Below are positions 38,392-47,840 of a stretch of DNA of 64,000 bases, one piece after another. The notes beneath the pieces are model-generated. The model was not told the origin of the DNA. It worked only from the letters and a program-made list of their open reading frames with translations, and made no database searches. Positions within the stretch are counted from its first letter, which is position 1. Each line of letters opens with the position of its first letter. A program made the position numbers and the translations under genes. Origin of the DNA: Planctomycetota bacterium (lineage in GTDB: Bacteria; Planctomycetota; UBA8108; SXIK01); contig CBDCXR010000004.1 of the NCBI GenBank assembly GCA_965223845.1, forward strand, positions 3,648,001 to 3,712,000. Direction: 5' to 3'.

Positions 38392-41300
38392 ATGACCGAA
38401 GGGATTCTGAACGAGCGATTCCGCATCACGCGGGAGTTGGGTCAAGGCGGAATGGGCAAGGTCTACCTGGTCGAGGACCAGGGGCGCGACGGCCAGCTCA
38501 TGGCGCTGAAGACGATGCTCTCGAAGGACGTCGACGAGACCTTCCTCGAGGCGTTTCGGCTAGAGTTCGCCGAGCTCGCGAAGCTGCGGCACCGAAACGT
38601 CGCGGCCGCGTACGACTTCGGAAAGATCGCCAGCACGGGCGAGCACTTCTTCACGACGGAGTTCATCGACGGCGTCGATCTGATGCGCGGCACGCGCGGC
38701 GTCAGCTTCGATCTCCTTCTCGACGTCACCGCGCAGCTTCTCAAGGGGCTCGATTTTCTTCACCGCAGCGGCCTACTTCACAACGACCTCAAGCCCGCGA
38801 ACGTGCTCCTCGGAAACGGCGAAGAGCGACGAGGCCGCGGCCGCGGAAATCTCAGCCGCCTCGAATCGACGGTCTACGGACGGGCGGGCGAGGTGAAGAT
38901 CATCGACTTCGGCCTCGTCAGCGGAATGAATCTCGCGTGGGAGCGACCGCGTGGTACGCCCCGGTACATGTCACCGGAGCGCATCCTCTGCCATCCCGCG
39001 GACGGGCGCGCCGATCTCTATTCTCTCGGCTGCATGCTTTTTCTCCTCGCCGCTCGCCAGCCGCCGTTCCAAGAGAAGGACACGCGCGAGCTCCTCAAGC
39101 AGCATCTGCACTGCCCGCCGCCGCTTCTAAGCGCCGCGCAGCCGTCAATTCCTCAGGGGTATGCTCACTTCGTCGCGCGTCTTCTCGAGAAGAAGCCGGA
39201 AGACCGGTTTCCCGACTCCGCCGCCGCGCTCAAGAGCCTCGAAGCAGCATTCGGCCAGAGTGCGCCGGTCGAAGTTCGCGCCGCCCGACCGGAAATCGAG
39301 GTCGGAGCGCTCTTCGCCCGCGGCGAGGAGCTCGAGAAGCTCGAAGCGCGCCTGGCTGAAGTCTTCTCGTTGCGCGGCGCATGTCGATGCGTTCGCGTAA
39401 CCGGTCGCGCCGGAGTGGGGAAGTCTCGTCTCGTCGAAGAGATCAAGGGCAAGATCCAGGTTCGGAGCGGCGCGTTCGTCGAGGTGGCGGGAAGCGCGGT
39501 CGAGCGCCATCTGGGCCCACTTCTCGACGCCGTAGTCGCAGGGCTCCGGATGTGCGGCGCAGAAGATGTCGACGCGAGCGTCGAGCAGGCGATCGGGACG
39601 CTCGACACTCGCCGTCCCGGCGCCGAGATCGCCGACGGCCTCGAGCGGTTGCTTCTCCACCACGCGCGCCAGCGGCCGTTGATTCTTCATCTCGACGACT
39701 TTCAGAACGCCTCGAAGACGGTCCGTCTCTTCGCGGTGGGTCTAGCGAACGCGGTCCTCGACCTCGATCGCGACACCGCGGCAGACCAGTCGCTCCCGCG
39801 ACTTCTCCTCGTCGTGTCGCGCCGCTCGGAGTGCGACGGCGCCGACCTCGAGCTCGAGGGAGTCGACACGATCTCCCTCTCTCCGTTCGAGTCGGACGAT
39901 GCCCGTCAATTCGTTTGCCGCGCGTTCGGTCAAGACGATATCCCCACCCGCGTTCTCGACGCTCTCGTCTCCGCGTCGAGCGGGAACGCTCGATTCCTTC
40001 TCGAGCTCTCGCGCACGCTCGTCGAAAACGGCCACGTCTCGACTACCGGTACCAGCTGGGCGTTTCCCGACTCGCTCGAAACCGTGCCGCTCCCGCGGTC
40101 GATCCGCGACTCGATGGACCACCGCATCGGCCTCCTCGGAAACGACGCGCGGTCCGTTCTCGAATGGCTCGGCGCCGCGAGCGCGCCGCTCGGGCTCGTC
40201 GGCCTCCGACACTGCACCCAATTCGAGGAGCGGAAGATCGAACTCGTCGTCGACAAGCTCGTCCAGGCGGGATTCGTCTCGGCGGTCGACGAGGACGACA
40301 CGACGTTCTACGAGATCGCCTATCCGGATCTCCGGGCGGGCCTCGTCGATGGCGTCGATGAGAAGCGCCGCGCGTTTCTTCACCAGAGACTCGGGCAGGC
40401 CGCGGAGTCGATTGGAGCGGTCCTCGTGCGATCACCCGGCGAGCGCGCCGAGTTCCTCGCGCACCACTGGCTCGCCTCGGGAAACCATCCCGCGTTTCTC
40501 CGCTTCGCGCCGGAAGCCGCGGCTCACCTCCACCGGGGGGGGAACTTCGCGAAGGCGGTCGCGTACCACCAGCGGATCGCGGAATCACTCCCCGATGAAG
40601 CCGCCGCGAAGAAGATTCAGAGCTTCGTCAAGCTCTCGGAGATGCACGAGTTCCTGTGGAAGCTCGAAGCGAGCGAAGCCGATCTCGGCGTCGTCCTCAC
40701 GCTCGGAAAGGAGCTCCTTCGCCCGAGCGACAAACACGCGCTCCGGCGACGACTCCTCCAGCTCGCTCTCGGCCGCAACGATCTCGCGGTCGCGCGGAAG
40801 TATCTTCGCGCCGTGAAGAAGGGCTTGACGGACGATCAACCGCCGCTCGAACGACTCGCGATTCGCGCACCCGAAGCCTGGGTGCGTTGGCTTCAGGGTG
40901 ATTCGGCACGCGCGCGCGAAGGCCTCGAGATCGCGCGCGATCTCCTCGCTGCGTGCGCACCGACGAACCCGAAGGAGAAAGGGCTCGCGATCTCGGGCAG
41001 GAACTGGATCGCCAGCCTCCACCACCAGTGGTGGGATCTCGAAGAGGCGGAGTCTCTTCACCGCGAGAATTTGGCCGCGCTCGAAGGTCTCGACATGGCC
41101 CAGGCGGAGGCCTCGTGCCTCTGCTCGCTCGGCGGTGTGCTCCTCGACCAAAGTCGCCCCGGAGACGCCGTGGAGGCACTCGAGAGCGCCCTCGCCACCG
41201 CGAAGTCGATCGGCGACCGGCGCACGCTCTGTCGCACTCGCGAACGGCTCGGGGAGTATCACTTTCTCTACGGGAAGCTGAAGACCGCGCTGCAGGTGAC

Positions 41301-42129
41301 GCAGGTCGGTCTCGAGGACGCCGAGTCGATCGGCCATGCGGTCGCTTCAGCGAGTCTGCTGCGCTTGCTCGGCCGGATCCACGGTCGCGCCGGGCAGATC
41401 GACGAAGCAGTGAGCGTGCTCAAGCGAGCGGCCGCGCTCCATCGCGGGCACAATGATTGCCACGGAGCTCCGTTCACGCGTCTCGAGCTCGCGCGCGCTC
41501 ACCTCTTCGCGGAGGCGTTCGATCTCGCGAAGTCGCACGCCGACCAAGCTCTCGAGGTCGCGCAGAAGCACGGGCTCCGCTGGATCCTCGTTCGCCACGC
41601 GTCACTTTCGCTCGAAATCGAGCTCCGGCAGACCGGCCGCATCGCGCCCGACGGTTTCCACGACCTGAACTCACTTCTCGGAGATGCTCCGCCGGCGCGC
41701 GAGCGGATCGCCGCCGTTCTTCTTCGCGCACGCAGCGCACTCGGCGCCGGTGAAGGGATCGTCGCGCACGAGGCGATCGAATCGATCGAAACGGATCTCG
41801 AGAAGCACGGAACGTCGGAGCAAAAGATGCGCGCCGAATTCATCCGTGCCGCGGCCGACCTCCTCGGCGGCGACTACAACCGAACCGTGCCCCAGATCCG
41901 TCGTGTGAAGAAGCACGCGACGGACGCGGTTTTCCCGAGCATCGCGGACGATTGCGCGCAGCTGATTCTCGCCCTGCGGGAAGATCCTCAAGTGTCGCCG
42001 ACCGTTCTCGCGGCGAAGACGCGATCGAGCTCGATGAGCGGGGCGGCGTCGGGGAGTGCCGGGAGCGCCTCGAAGAAAACGAGCCGAATGTCGACGCGTC
42101 CCCCACTCGACGCGACGCGGCGAACCTAG
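38392..42129 (+). CDS. Ser/Thr protein kinase fused to an AAA/STAND-type ATPase and TPR repeats
   Basis: LGQGGMGKVY, ALK, HNDLKPAN, DFG, GTPRYMSPE; Walker A GRAGVGKS, Walker B LHLDD, GNARFLLE; C-terminal TPRs. Confidence 0.92.
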   Translation: MTEGILNERFRITRELGQGGMGKVYLVEDQGRDGQLMALKTMLSKDVDETFLEAFRLEFAELAKLRHRNVAAAYDFGKIASTGEHFFTTEFIDGVDLMRGTRGVSFDLLLDVTAQLLKGLDFLHRSGLLHNDLKPANVLLGNGEERRGRGRGNLSRLESTVYGRAGEVKIIDFGLVSGMNLAWERPRGTPRYMSPERILCHPADGRADLYSLGCMLFLLAARQPPFQEKDTRELLKQHLHCPPPLLSAAQPSIPQGYAHFVARLLEKKPEDRFPDSAAALKSLEAAFGQSAPVEVRAARPEIEVGALFARGEELEKLEARLAEVFSLRGACRCVRVTGRAGVGKSRLVEEIKGKIQVRSGAFVEVAGSAVERHLGPLLDAVVAGLRMCGAEDVDASVEQAIGTLDTRRPGAEIADGLERLLLHHARQRPLILHLDDFQNASKTVRLFAVGLANAVLDLDRDTAADQSLPRLLLVVSRRSECDGADLELEGVDTISLSPFESDDARQFVCRAFGQDDIPTRVLDALVSASSGNARFLLELSRTLVENGHVSTTGTSWAFPDSLETVPLPRSIRDSMDHRIGLLGNDARSVLEWLGAASAPLGLVGLRHCTQFEERKIELVVDKLVQAGFVSAVDEDDTTFYEIAYPDLRAGLVDGVDEKRRAFLHQRLGQAAESIGAVLVRSPGERAEFLAHHWLASGNHPAFLRFAPEAAAHLHRGGNFAKAVAYHQRIAESLPDEAAAKKIQSFVKLSEMHEFLWKLEASEADLGVVLTLGKELLRPSDKHALRRRLLQLALGRNDLAVARKYLRAVKKGLTDDQPPLERLAIRAPEAWVRWLQGDSARAREGLEIARDLLAACAPTNPKEKGLAISGRNWIASLHHQWWDLEEAESLHRENLAALEGLDMAQAEASCLCSLGGVLLDQSRPGDAVEALESALATAKSIGDRRTLCRTRERLGEYHFLYGKLKTALQVTQVGLEDAESIGHAVASASLLRLLGRIHGRAGQIDEAVSVLKRAAALHRGHNDCHGAPFTRLELARAHLFAEAFDLAKSHADQALEVAQKHGLRWILVRHASLSLEIELRQTGRIAPDGFHDLNSLLGDAPPARERIAAVLLRARSALGAGEGIVAHEAIESIETDLEKHGTSEQKMRAEFIRAAADLLGGDYNRTVPQIRRVKKHATDAVFPSIADDCAQLILALREDPQVSPTVLAAKTRSSSMSGAASGSAGSASKKTSRMSTRPPLDATRRT

Positions 42130-42222
42130 AGCCCGAGGTTTGCCCGGGAGAGCGATGCGGCGGTGTACGAGCCCGCGCGGGGCCTGCACGCATCTAGAGA
42201 ATCGAACCCGTCCCCGGGATCG

Positions 42223-42855
42223 TCACTCCCCGATGAGGAAGGGGTTCGATCGTCGCTCGGCTCCGATCGTCGTCGGCGGTCCGTGCCCCGCGTAAACGCG
42301 GGTTTCGTCCGGGTAGACGAGGAGGCGCTCGCGAATCGATCGCATCAGCGTCGGTCCGTCTCCACCCGGGAGATCCGTCCGTCCGATGGAACCGGCGAAG
42401 AGAGTATCGCCGACGATCAACACGCCGCCGATATCGAAGCTGACTCCTCCCGGCGAGTGGCCCGGCGTTTCGAACACGCGAATCTCGATCGGTTCTTTGC
42501 CGAACGAGAACACATCGCCCTCGGTGAGAGGCGCGTCGACCGCCGGAACCGGCGGCGGGGAGACGCCGAACATCGCCGCCTGCAGGGGAAGCTGCTCGAG
42601 GAGCTCATTTTCGCGCTCGTGGAGGTGGAACGGGGCGCCGGTGGCGTCTTTGATCGCCGCGACCGCTCCGACGTGATCGAGATGCGCGTGGGTGTTGAGG
42701 ATCCAACGAACGTTCCAGCCGCGATTCGAAATCATCTCGAGGAGACGCGGTGCCTCGTCACCAGGGTCGATGGCGACCGCCTCGTTCGACGCTTCGTCGA
42801 CGACGAAGTAGCTGTTTTCGGCGAAGAGTCCGACGGTCTCGCTGATGATTTCCAT
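42223..42855 (-). CDS. MBL-fold metallo-hydrolase (glyoxalase II-like)
   Basis: THAHLDH, TPGHSPG, GDTLF..SIGRTD, GHG. Confidence 0.93.
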   Translation of the reverse strand: MEIISETVGLFAENSYFVVDEASNEAVAIDPGDEAPRLLEMISNRGWNVRWILNTHAHLDHVGAVAAIKDATGAPFHLHERENELLEQLPLQAAMFGVSPPPVPAVDAPLTEGDVFSFGKEPIEIRVFETPGHSPGGVSFDIGGVLIVGDTLFAGSIGRTDLPGGDGPTLMRSIRERLLVYPDETRVYAGHGPPTTIGAERRSNPFLIGE

Positions 42856-42944
42856 CGCAGTTCACTCACAAGTTGACTCGATCCCCGCCGGACCACACGG
42901 CGACGCGGGCGCGTGGGGGTCGAGCGCCGCGCTGGGTCTGCATT

Positions 42945-42987
42945 CAGAATGATCGTCATTGTCAGGATGCGACGCGCGCGGTACAAC
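42945..42987 (+). promoter_or_regulatory. Putative sigma70 promoter overlapped by a Fur-family-like box
   Basis: TTGTCA-17 nt-TACAAC; CAGAATGATCGTCATTGTC at 42945-42963. Confidence 0.45.
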
Positions 42988-43066
42988 GGCCGACTCGATG
43001 TTCCTCGCGTGGAGTTCGATCGTCTCCGCGTGGGAGCGAACGAAAGGAACGCGAGGAGAGAGCGCC

Positions 43067-44671
43067 GTGGACGAGCCCGCACGCAAGAAGAGTCGACTCC
43101 ACTGGTGGATTCTCCTCGGGATGGTATCGGGCGCGGCTCTCGGCTCGGCGGTGTACTTCGTCGAGCGACCTAGCGCGGAGCGCGCCGTTCTCCGCGATGC
43201 TCTCCTCGAGCGGCAGGCCGTCGACGATCTGCGCGCCGCGCGAGGCCTGCCGCAGAACGCAGAGTTCGTCCCCGACGCCGACGAGCTCGCCGCCAAGATC
43301 GCGGAGATCGACGCGGCGGAGCGCGCCGCGGTTCTCGAACGAGCACGCGGCCTCCTCGGTCCGAATGCGACCGAGGACGAACTCGCCGCGCAGGCCGACG
43401 ATCTCCGCGCCGACGCTCTCGACGCCGTCGCACCCGCTCTCCGCGACGAAATCCTCGGCGCGGAATCCGGTGCATTCGATGCGCAGCTGCGGGCGTCGGT
43501 CGAGACGACCGCCCCCTACCGAGCGTTTCACGGGCTCGCGCGAATTTTCCTCAATCTCCTCAAAATGATCGTGATCCCGCTCGTTTTCTTCTCCCTCACG
43601 AGCGGCATCCTCGGCATGGGCGATACCGGACGACTCGGACGCATCGGGATCAAGACCTTCCTTCTCTACACGTTCACGAGTTTCGTTGCCATTCTGACGG
43701 GCCTCGCCGTCGTCAACGTGATTCAGCCGGGCGCCGGGCTCGCCGTCCCCCTTCCGCCCGAAGCGACGAAAGGTGCGCACGAGGTCCCCGATTCGTTTTG
43801 GGATGTCCTCGTGAACATGGTGCCCCCGAACGTGTTCGCCTCGGCATCGAATTTCGACCTGCTCGGCGTCATCGTCTTCACGATCTTCTTCGGCGCGGTG
43901 CTCCTCTCCATCGGCCCCGAGCAGCGCGCTCCGCTGACGAGCGTGGTCGAGGTCGGCGCCGAGGTGATGACTCGAATGACGAAGGCGATCCTCGCGCTCG
44001 CGCCCGTCGGCATCGGAGCGCTGATCGCCCGCCTCATCTCGACGACCGGCCCCGGGGTGTTCCTCGAGATGATCTGGTACATCGTGACGGTCCTCACCGC
44101 GCTCGGAATTCACGTCTTCGTCACGCTTCCGCTTCTCATCCTCCTCGTCACGAGGAGGAACCCCTACCGCTATCTCCGAACGATGAGTCCCGCGATTCTC
44201 ACCGCATTCTCGACGGCGAGCTCGAGCGGGACACTCGGCGTGACGATGGAGCGTGCCGAAAAAGGCGCGGGGATTTCGAACCGCGTCGCGAGCTTCGTCC
44301 TTCCGCTCGGGGCGACCATCAACATGGACGGCACTGCACTCTACGAAATCGTGAGTGTTCTCTTCATCGCGCAGATTCACGAGGGGGTCGATCCAGGCTT
44401 CGTGCTCACGTTTCAGCAGCAGCTCCTGATCGTTTTCCTCGGACTCACCGTGAGCGTCGGCGCCGCCGGGATCCCACACGCGGGCCTAGTGATGATGGTG
44501 ATCATCCTGAATGCGGTCGGACTTCCGGTCGAGTACACGGCGGTGATCTGGAGCGTCGACCGCGTCCTCGACATGTGCCGGACCGCGACTAACGTCGCGA
44601 GCGACTCGTCGATCGCTCTCGTCATCGCACACACGGAAGACGAAGTCGCCGACCCGCCGTCGGCCGCATAG
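43067..44671 (+). CDS. Dicarboxylate/amino acid:cation symporter (DAACS, GltP-like)
   Basis: FLNLLKMIVIPLV, AFSTASSSGTL, PLGATINMDGTALY, DRVLDMCRTATNV; SD GAGGAG before GTG. Confidence 0.93.
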   Translation: MDEPARKKSRLHWWILLGMVSGAALGSAVYFVERPSAERAVLRDALLERQAVDDLRAARGLPQNAEFVPDADELAAKIAEIDAAERAAVLERARGLLGPNATEDELAAQADDLRADALDAVAPALRDEILGAESGAFDAQLRASVETTAPYRAFHGLARIFLNLLKMIVIPLVFFSLTSGILGMGDTGRLGRIGIKTFLLYTFTSFVAILTGLAVVNVIQPGAGLAVPLPPEATKGAHEVPDSFWDVLVNMVPPNVFASASNFDLLGVIVFTIFFGAVLLSIGPEQRAPLTSVVEVGAEVMTRMTKAILALAPVGIGALIARLISTTGPGVFLEMIWYIVTVLTALGIHVFVTLPLLILLVTRRNPYRYLRTMSPAILTAFSTASSSGTLGVTMERAEKGAGISNRVASFVLPLGATINMDGTALYEIVSVLFIAQIHEGVDPGFVLTFQQQLLIVFLGLTVSVGAAGIPHAGLVMMVIILNAVGLPVEYTAVIWSVDRVLDMCRTATNVASDSSIALVIAHTEDEVADPPSAA

Positions 44672-44700
44672 TCCGGCGCGGATGAGCTTCCGAGAGCCGC

Positions 44701-45711
44701 TCAGTCTCCGAGGTGCGCCTTCACGTGACTCGCGATGCGTTCGCCGTGCTCGCGGCTGTTCTCGATGAAGATGCTCCCCGTATCGCGACCGCCGATGACC
44801 ACTCCCGCGCAGTAGAGCCCGGGAACGTTCGTCTCCATCGTCTCGGGGTCGAGCCGCGGCCGACTCTCCGCCCCCACGAGCTCGACCCCCGCCCGCTCGA
44901 GGAGCCCGAAGTCCGCGTGGTAGCCGGTGAGGGCGAGGACGAAATCATTCTCGATCGCGAATGCGCGTCCGCTCGACTCGAGATGGACTCGCTCCTCCTC
45001 GATGCGGACGACGCGCGTCTCGAAGTGAGCGCGGATGCTCCCCTCGCGGATGCGGTTGTCGATATCCGGTCGAACCCAGTACTTGATCCCGCGCTTCAGC
45101 TCGGTGCCTCGATGAACGAGCGTCACGTCCGCCGCCCCGTTCCGGTAGAGCTCGAGGGCGGCTTCGACCGCCGAGTTGCCGCCGCCGATGACGAGGACTC
45201 GCTGACCGTAGTACGGTAGCGGCCCGCGGTAGTAGTGAGTGACCTTCGGAAGCTCTTCCCCTTCTACGTGCAAACGATTGGGGAAGTCGAAGAATCCGGT
45301 CGCGAGAACGACGCTCCGCACGCGGTAGCGCGACTTCGTCGTCACGACGACGAACCTTGCGGCATCGGGATCGTCTCCGGCCGAAGGAGGGGCGCGCTCG
45401 ATCGCGTTGACCTTTTCGTAGAGGCGCATGGGGAGCGCGTGGTGCTCCGCGACTCGCCGGTAGTAGCGGATGAGCTCGGGACCGGTCGGCTTCGCCCCCG
45501 AGCAGACGAGCGGCACGTCCGCGATTTCGAGGAGTTCGGGAGTCGAGAACCAAACGAGATTCGGCGGGTAGTGACAGAGGGCGTCCGCGACCGTGCCCTT
45601 GTCGATCAGCAGCGTGGACAGTCCGGCGCGTTGGGCCGCGACTCCGCACGAGATTCCGATCGGGCCGGCGCCGACGACGAGGAGATCGATGGGTTCGCGA
45701 ATGGTGTTCAT
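44701..45711 (-). CDS. ypdA: YpdA family FAD-dependent (putative bacillithiol) disulfide reductase
   Basis: GAGPIG, FSTPELLEI, ATGFFD, GGGNSA, IKYWVRPDIDNRI, LALTGY, FIENSREH. Confidence 0.82.
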   Translation of the reverse strand: MNTIREPIDLLVVGAGPIGISCGVAAQRAGLSTLLIDKGTVADALCHYPPNLVWFSTPELLEIADVPLVCSGAKPTGPELIRYYRRVAEHHALPMRLYEKVNAIERAPPSAGDDPDAARFVVVTTKSRYRVRSVVLATGFFDFPNRLHVEGEELPKVTHYYRGPLPYYGQRVLVIGGGNSAVEAALELYRNGAADVTLVHRGTELKRGIKYWVRPDIDNRIREGSIRAHFETRVVRIEEERVHLESSGRAFAIENDFVLALTGYHADFGLLERAGVELVGAESRPRLDPETMETNVPGLYCAGVVIGGRDTGSIFIENSREHGERIASHVKAHLGD

Positions 45712-45926
45712 CTCGCTACAGACGGTCGCAGGCCGCTCGAGAGGTGGGGAGTTTCGTGCGAACGCTCGCGCGAATCCGGGGCACAAGGATAGCAAGTTCC
45801 CGCCGCGAATCGACGCGAAAGCACGCTCGCGCGCAGACGGCGTCGCACCCGGACGCAGTAGAATTTGGGGCCAAGTTCGCTAAACTATCCGCCCTTTCCG
45901 AGGGCCCGGTTGAGATTTGAGCGAGT

Positions 45927-46712
45927 ATGGACAAAGGAACGGTTTCGAACTGCATCTCCGCCGCGATACTCGGCCTGTCGTTCTTCCTCCCGGAAGGGGC
46001 GGCCCGCGCCGTCATTCTCTCCGCCGGTCTCTTCGCCCTCAGCGGCGGAGTGACCAACTGGCTCGCGGTGAAGATGCTCTTCGATCGCATCCCGGGCCTC
46101 GTCGGAAGCGGGATCATCCCCGCCCGTTTTCGCGAAATCCGCGCGGAGATCAAGGATCTCATCGTCACTCACTTCTTCAGTGAAAAGGATCTCCGAGAGT
46201 TCTTCGAGACGAACGCGAAGGACGTCGAGTGGAGCCGCTACCTCAAGAAGCGAGAAGGCGCGAACCCAGCCGCCGATCTCGTCATGGAACAGTGGCAGAA
46301 GCTGACCTCCGCCGACGTGATGCAGCCACTCATCGATGCCCAGATCGACAAGCTGACGCAGTCTTCGATCGGCGGGATGCTTCTCATGGTAGGACTCGAC
46401 AACGTTCGCCCCGCGGTGAATCAGTTCGTGACGTCCTTCGTCGGATCGATGCAGGAAAAGGTCGTCGCGGCGGCGAAGGACGTCGGCGGAAAGACCCTGC
46501 CGCTCGAACTCGATCACGACCGCATAATCGCGGACCTGCAAGTGCAGGTCGAGCCGCTGCTCGAGCAGAAGCTCCAGCAACTTCACGCCGAAGACGTGAA
46601 GAAGATGATGGAGGATGTGATGCGGAAGCACCTCGGCTGGCTCATCGTGTGGGGAAACGTCTTCGGCGGATTGATCGGCGTCGCGGCGCACTTCCTTCAG
46701 CGAGCGGCGTGA
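45927..46712 (+). CDS. DUF445 family membrane protein
   Basis: GGVTNWLAVKMLF..SGIIP; C-terminal HLGWLIVWGNVFGGLIG. Confidence 0.85.
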   Translation: MDKGTVSNCISAAILGLSFFLPEGAARAVILSAGLFALSGGVTNWLAVKMLFDRIPGLVGSGIIPARFREIRAEIKDLIVTHFFSEKDLREFFETNAKDVEWSRYLKKREGANPAADLVMEQWQKLTSADVMQPLIDAQIDKLTQSSIGGMLLMVGLDNVRPAVNQFVTSFVGSMQEKVVAAAKDVGGKTLPLELDHDRIIADLQVQVEPLLEQKLQQLHAEDVKKMMEDVMRKHLGWLIVWGNVFGGLIGVAAHFLQRAA

Positions 46713-46748
46713 AGAGCCTGAGGTGGCGAGCAGGACGCGGAGGCCAGG

Positions 46749-47582
46749 GTGGAACAGTTCTCGATTGCCGTGGGCCAGTGGGCCGTCGATGACGATGTAT
46801 CGGTGAATCTCCGCCGCGCGGCTGCCTTTCTCCGAACCGCAGCGGATCGCGGTGCGCAGCTTTGCGTCCTGCCGGAGATGTTTCAAACGCCGTACGAAAT
46901 GGCGCGTATCGCACGTTCCGCCGAGCCGGCGAGCGGGCGGAGCATCACCCACGTTCGTGAGCTCGCGCGTGAGCTCGGTCTCTTCGTCGTCGCCGGATCG
47001 ATCGCCGAAGAGAGCGTCGATGCGGGAGAGCGCAAGCTCTACAACACCGCGTTCGTCATCGACGACCGTGGCGAGATCTTGGGGCACCATCGGAAGATCC
47101 ATCTCTTCGACGTCGATCTCGCGAGCGTGAAGGTGAAGGAATCCTCCGTCCTCTCTCCCGGTCGATCGCCGCTCGTCGTCGAGCTACCGTTCGCGCGACT
47201 CGGCGTCGCCGTCTGTTACGACGCGCGCTTCCCCGAGGTGTTCGCGCACTTCGAGCGCCGCGGTGTCGAGGTCGCAGCGATCCCCGCGGCGTTCTCGGAG
47301 ACGACCGGCGCCGCGCATTGGCATGTTCTCCTGCGCTCACGGGCGATCGACTACCAGATTTTCCTCGCCGCCGCCTGCCCCGCGCCGCAGGCCGGCGCCG
47401 CGTACGTCGCATACGGTCATTCGCTCGTCGCCGGTCCGTGGGGAAACGTCTTGGCGGAGGCCGGCGTCGGCGAGGAGACGATCACCGCGGTACTCGACCC
47501 CGAAGAGCTCGCCCGAGTCCGACGCGAGCTCCCGCTCCGGCGCCATCGACGCCGGGACCTCTACGCGAAGTGGAGCGACTAG
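46749..47582 (+). CDS. Carbon-nitrogen hydrolase (Nit1/omega-amidase-like)
   Basis: Catalytic triad LPE, RKIHLFD, VCYDARFPE; HW..LLRSRAID; YGHS. Confidence 0.93.
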   Translation: MEQFSIAVGQWAVDDDVSVNLRRAAAFLRTAADRGAQLCVLPEMFQTPYEMARIARSAEPASGRSITHVRELARELGLFVVAGSIAEESVDAGERKLYNTAFVIDDRGEILGHHRKIHLFDVDLASVKVKESSVLSPGRSPLVVELPFARLGVAVCYDARFPEVFAHFERRGVEVAAIPAAFSETTGAAHWHVLLRSRAIDYQIFLAAACPAPQAGAAYVAYGHSLVAGPWGNVLAEAGVGEETITAVLDPEELARVRRELPLRRHRRRDLYAKWSD

Positions 47583-47840
47583 GGCGCGCGAGAGAGATTC
47601 GCGCATCGGCTCATCACCCGAACTTCACGCAAGGAGCTGGAGTCCACGGCCCGCCGAGAGAGATCGTCGCGGAGATCGGGTTGACTCGCCGCGCGCTTTT
47701 CGCGATGAAGGCACTCTTTCGTGCTCCGTGCGAACGCGTCGCTCGCGAACCTCGCGCGACCCCGTGGCGGACGGGTGGTGTCCGCAGCATCTTCCTCACC
47801 GTCGCCGATATCGCGGAAGAAACTCCGAGGAGCTGCCGCC

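Noticed and set aside
47583-47840. Possible M-box/Mg riboswitch upstream of mgtE
   Set aside because: No recognisable consensus or terminator by eye; a cmscan would be needed
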